Source: Dehalococcoidia bacterium
GTDB taxonomy: Bacteria > Chloroflexota > Dehalococcoidia > Lucifugimonadales > Australimonadaceae
DNA: 64,000 nucleotides
Assembly: GCA_965116305.1 (NCBI GenBank)
Contig: OZ220673.1
Coordinates: 1,379,362 to 1,443,361 of the forward strand
Direction of reading: 5' to 3'
Shown here: positions 62,534-64,000 of the stretch, in pieces
How positions within the stretch are numbered: position 1 is the first letter of the stretch
Layout: every line of letters starts with the position of its first letter
The notes under the pieces: model-generated
Databases searched by the model: none
What the model was told of the DNA's origin: nothing
Seen by the model: only the letters and a program-made list of their open reading frames with translations
Position numbers and translations under genes: made by a program

Positions 62534-62830
62534 CCGTCATTCCAGCGAACGCTGGGATCCAGCGCGCGGAGCGCCCATATCCCCCTCGCCCTCTGGGAGA
62601 GGGCAACGCGCTTCAGCGCGTGGGTGAGGGTGACCTGCGGGATGGCGGGCTGCCGGCTCCCCTCTCCCCGGGGGAGAAGTCGTCGCGCGACAGCGCGTGG
62701 GTGAGGGTGACCTGCAGGATGGCGCCCTGCCTGCCTCCACCTCTCCCTGGGGAAGAGGTCGCCGCGCAGCGGCGGGTGAGGGTTGACGGCCCTACCCGTT
62801 GCCCCCTCTCCCGCAGCGCGGGTAGGATAG
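62534..62830. repeat. REP-like mosaic with ~77-bp tandem organisation (right border of the islet)
   Basis: A type A variant (GTCATTCCAGCGAACGCTGGGATCC) is followed by three type B copies at about 62581, 62657 and 62735. Each ends in GGGTGAGGGT. The first two are followed by GACCTGC(G/A)GGATGGCG. Confidence 0.8.
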
Positions 62831-62872
62831 CCCCATCCCCCTACGCACACCCAGTCCCCGAGGAGGACCAAC

Positions 62873-63277
62873 GTGTTGTCGAGGAAGAATCGAACAGGAC
62901 CCTTCGCACCTCTCGTTCTGCCCCTCATCCTCATCGCGCTCGTCGGCCTTGCCGTCGCCTGCGCCGAGCCCACCCCGACGCCCACCCCCACGCCGACTCC
63001 TACACCTACGGCCACCCCTACCCCCACACCCACTCCCGAACCTCCGCCCGCCGCGGGAGGAGGCGGCATCAAGGGAAGCGACCTCTTCGCCCTGCTCCCG
63101 GAGGACGAGCTCGCCTGCCTCAAGGAGACCGCAGGGGAAGCGATGTTCGCGATGGCCCAGGAGATGACCATCACGATGGAACTGGCCAACGACCCGGCAG
63201 GCGCGTTCATGTTCCAGTGCGTTTCCGAGGAGAGCCTTGCAAAGCTTGGAGAAGCCATCGTAGCCGCCGGAGGTTGA
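62873..63277 (+). CDS. small secreted lipoprotein with (TP)n linker
   Basis: ORF track 134 aa, GTG start with GAGGAGGA upstream. Lipobox is LAVAC, followed by AEPTPTPTPTPTPTPTATPTPTPTPEPPP. Confidence 0.65.
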   Translation: MLSRKNRTGPFAPLVLPLILIALVGLAVACAEPTPTPTPTPTPTPTATPTPTPTPEPPPAAGGGGIKGSDLFALLPEDELACLKETAGEAMFAMAQEMTITMELANDPAGAFMFQCVSEESLAKLGEAIVAAGG

Positions 63278-63281
63278 CGAC

Positions 63282-64000
63282 ATGGACCGCACGACGTTCC
63301 GGGCGATAGACGGGGACGGACACATCCGTGAGCGCGACGCCGAGATCTGGAAGCATCTCGACGAGCCGTACTGCTCGTCCGAGGTCACGCTCAACTACCC
63401 GTTCTTCCCCTCGCTGGACGGCTTCCAGCGCGGCGCGTTCGGCGCGACGGCGGGAGCGGCGAAGCGCAGGGAGGGCGTCATCGACGTCGGCGCCTGGCAG
63501 CGGCTCCTCGACGAGATCGGCCTCGACTACGCCGTCCTCTACCCCACCGCCGGGCTGAGCGTCGGCATGATCCAGGACCCGGATTGGGCCGTCGCCGTCT
63601 GCCGCGGCTACAACAACTGGCTCGACGCCACGTACCGGCAGGCCGACCCCCGCCTCGTGGGCGTCGCGCTGCTCCCGCTGCAGGACGTCGACGCCGCGGT
63701 GAAGGAGCTGCGCCGCAGCGTCGCCGAGCTCGGCATGGTCGGCGGCATGCTCCCGGCCAACAGCGCCAACATGGGCATCCGCAACCCCTTCGGCGACGAG
63801 ATGTTCTGGCCGCTCTACGAGGAGGCGCAGCGGCTGGACGTGCCCCTCGCCGTCCACGGCGCGCCGTCGGTCGGCCTCGGCATCGACTACGCCCGCAGCG
63901 TCACCCTGGCCAACGTGCTGGAGCACCCGCTCTCCGTCATGATCCAGCTCACCAGCATGTTCCTCGAGGGCGTCTTCGACGAGTTCCCCGACCTCCGCGT
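63282..64000 (+). CDS. amidohydrolase_2 family protein, N-terminal ~239 aa (runs off the right edge)
   Basis: Not in the ORF track because there is no in-window stop. My translation from ATG 63282 (GGAGG upstream) reads MDRTTFRAIDGDGHIRERDAEIWKHLDEPY...LPLQDVDAAVKELRRSVAELGMVGGMLP...PLAVHG. It is colinear with 28516..29541. Confidence 0.8.
   Translation, partial: MDRTTFRAIDGDGHIRERDAEIWKHLDEPYCSSEVTLNYPFFPSLDGFQRGAFGATAGAAKRREGVIDVGAWQRLLDEIGLDYAVLYPTAGLSVGMIQDPDWAVAVCRGYNNWLDATYRQADPRLVGVALLPLQDVDAAVKELRRSVAELGMVGGMLPANSANMGIRNPFGDEMFWPLYEEAQRLDVPLAVHGAPSVGLGIDYARSVTLANVLEHPLSVMIQLTSMFLEGVFDEFPDLR

Noticed and set aside
62581-62798. Tandemly repeated ~77-bp units that might be mistaken for a CRISPR array
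   Set aside because: The units are contiguous REP type B hairpin elements with no unique spacers between them. The copies are imperfect, no cas genes or leader are nearby, and the same element occurs singly elsewhere (56423, 60091).
1-64000. rRNA, tRNA, integrase, transposase or cas genes
   Set aside because: Reading both strands, I found no stretch with tRNA-like cloverleaf signatures, no rRNA-like conserved segments, and no ORF with recombinase, DDE-transposase or Cas motifs. Absence was judged by eye only. A tRNAscan, Infernal and HMM scan would be needed to be certain.

Overview
High-GC (roughly two-thirds G+C by eye) bacterial chromosomal window, gene-dense on both strands, with strong AGGAGG-type ribosome-binding sites that I used to trim many over-long ORF-track calls. 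Content is mainly catabolic and very paralog-rich. It holds 6 KshA/phthalate-type Rieske oxygenases plus one classical alpha/beta ring-hydroxylating dioxygenase. It also holds 5 amidohydrolase_2 (ACMSD-like) genes, 3 dienelactone hydrolases, 3 SDRs, 2 F420/luciferase-like oxidoreductases and 2 Gfo/Idh/MocA oxidoreductases. Other catabolic genes are a gentisate-type ring-cleavage operon (GDO + FAH), an acyl-CoA module (ACAD, CoA-transferase, enoyl-CoA hydratase), 3 MFS transporters and 2 tripartite tricarboxylate (TctABC-type) transporters. This style, together with Pro/Thr-rich lipoprotein linkers, resembles Chloroflexota or SAR202-like catabolic genomes, but that is a guess I cannot verify. 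Accessory content sits in three small lower-GC islets with no integrase or transposase: an RHH-PIN toxin-antitoxin pair (34.8-35.5 kb), a Phd-PIN pair with a decayed antitoxin remnant (44.9-45.9 kb), and an islet at 60.0-62.8 kb bounded by mosaics of REP-like hairpin repeats. The third islet carries the most interesting candidate: a two-gene operon encoding a small multi-TM protein and a TIR-like (MTH538/ThsB-type) protein, next to phage-like HTH genes. It may be a minimal Thoeris-like or abortive-infection defence module. Other oddities are listed below.
- ADH-CoxS-CoxM genes are translationally coupled with no molybdopterin large subunit.
- No ferredoxin or reductase partner is present for any Rieske oxygenase.
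- A LiaF-like membrane protein is inserted between the dioxygenase alpha and an N-terminally extended beta subunit.
- A split bicupin sits next to an orphan EutA-like ATPase.
- One transporter is a TctA-TctB fusion.
- Two binding-protein linkers carry EAMM-DPTPTP tandem repeats.
No rRNA, tRNA or CRISPR array was recognised. All family assignments are from motif recognition by eye, not database searches.
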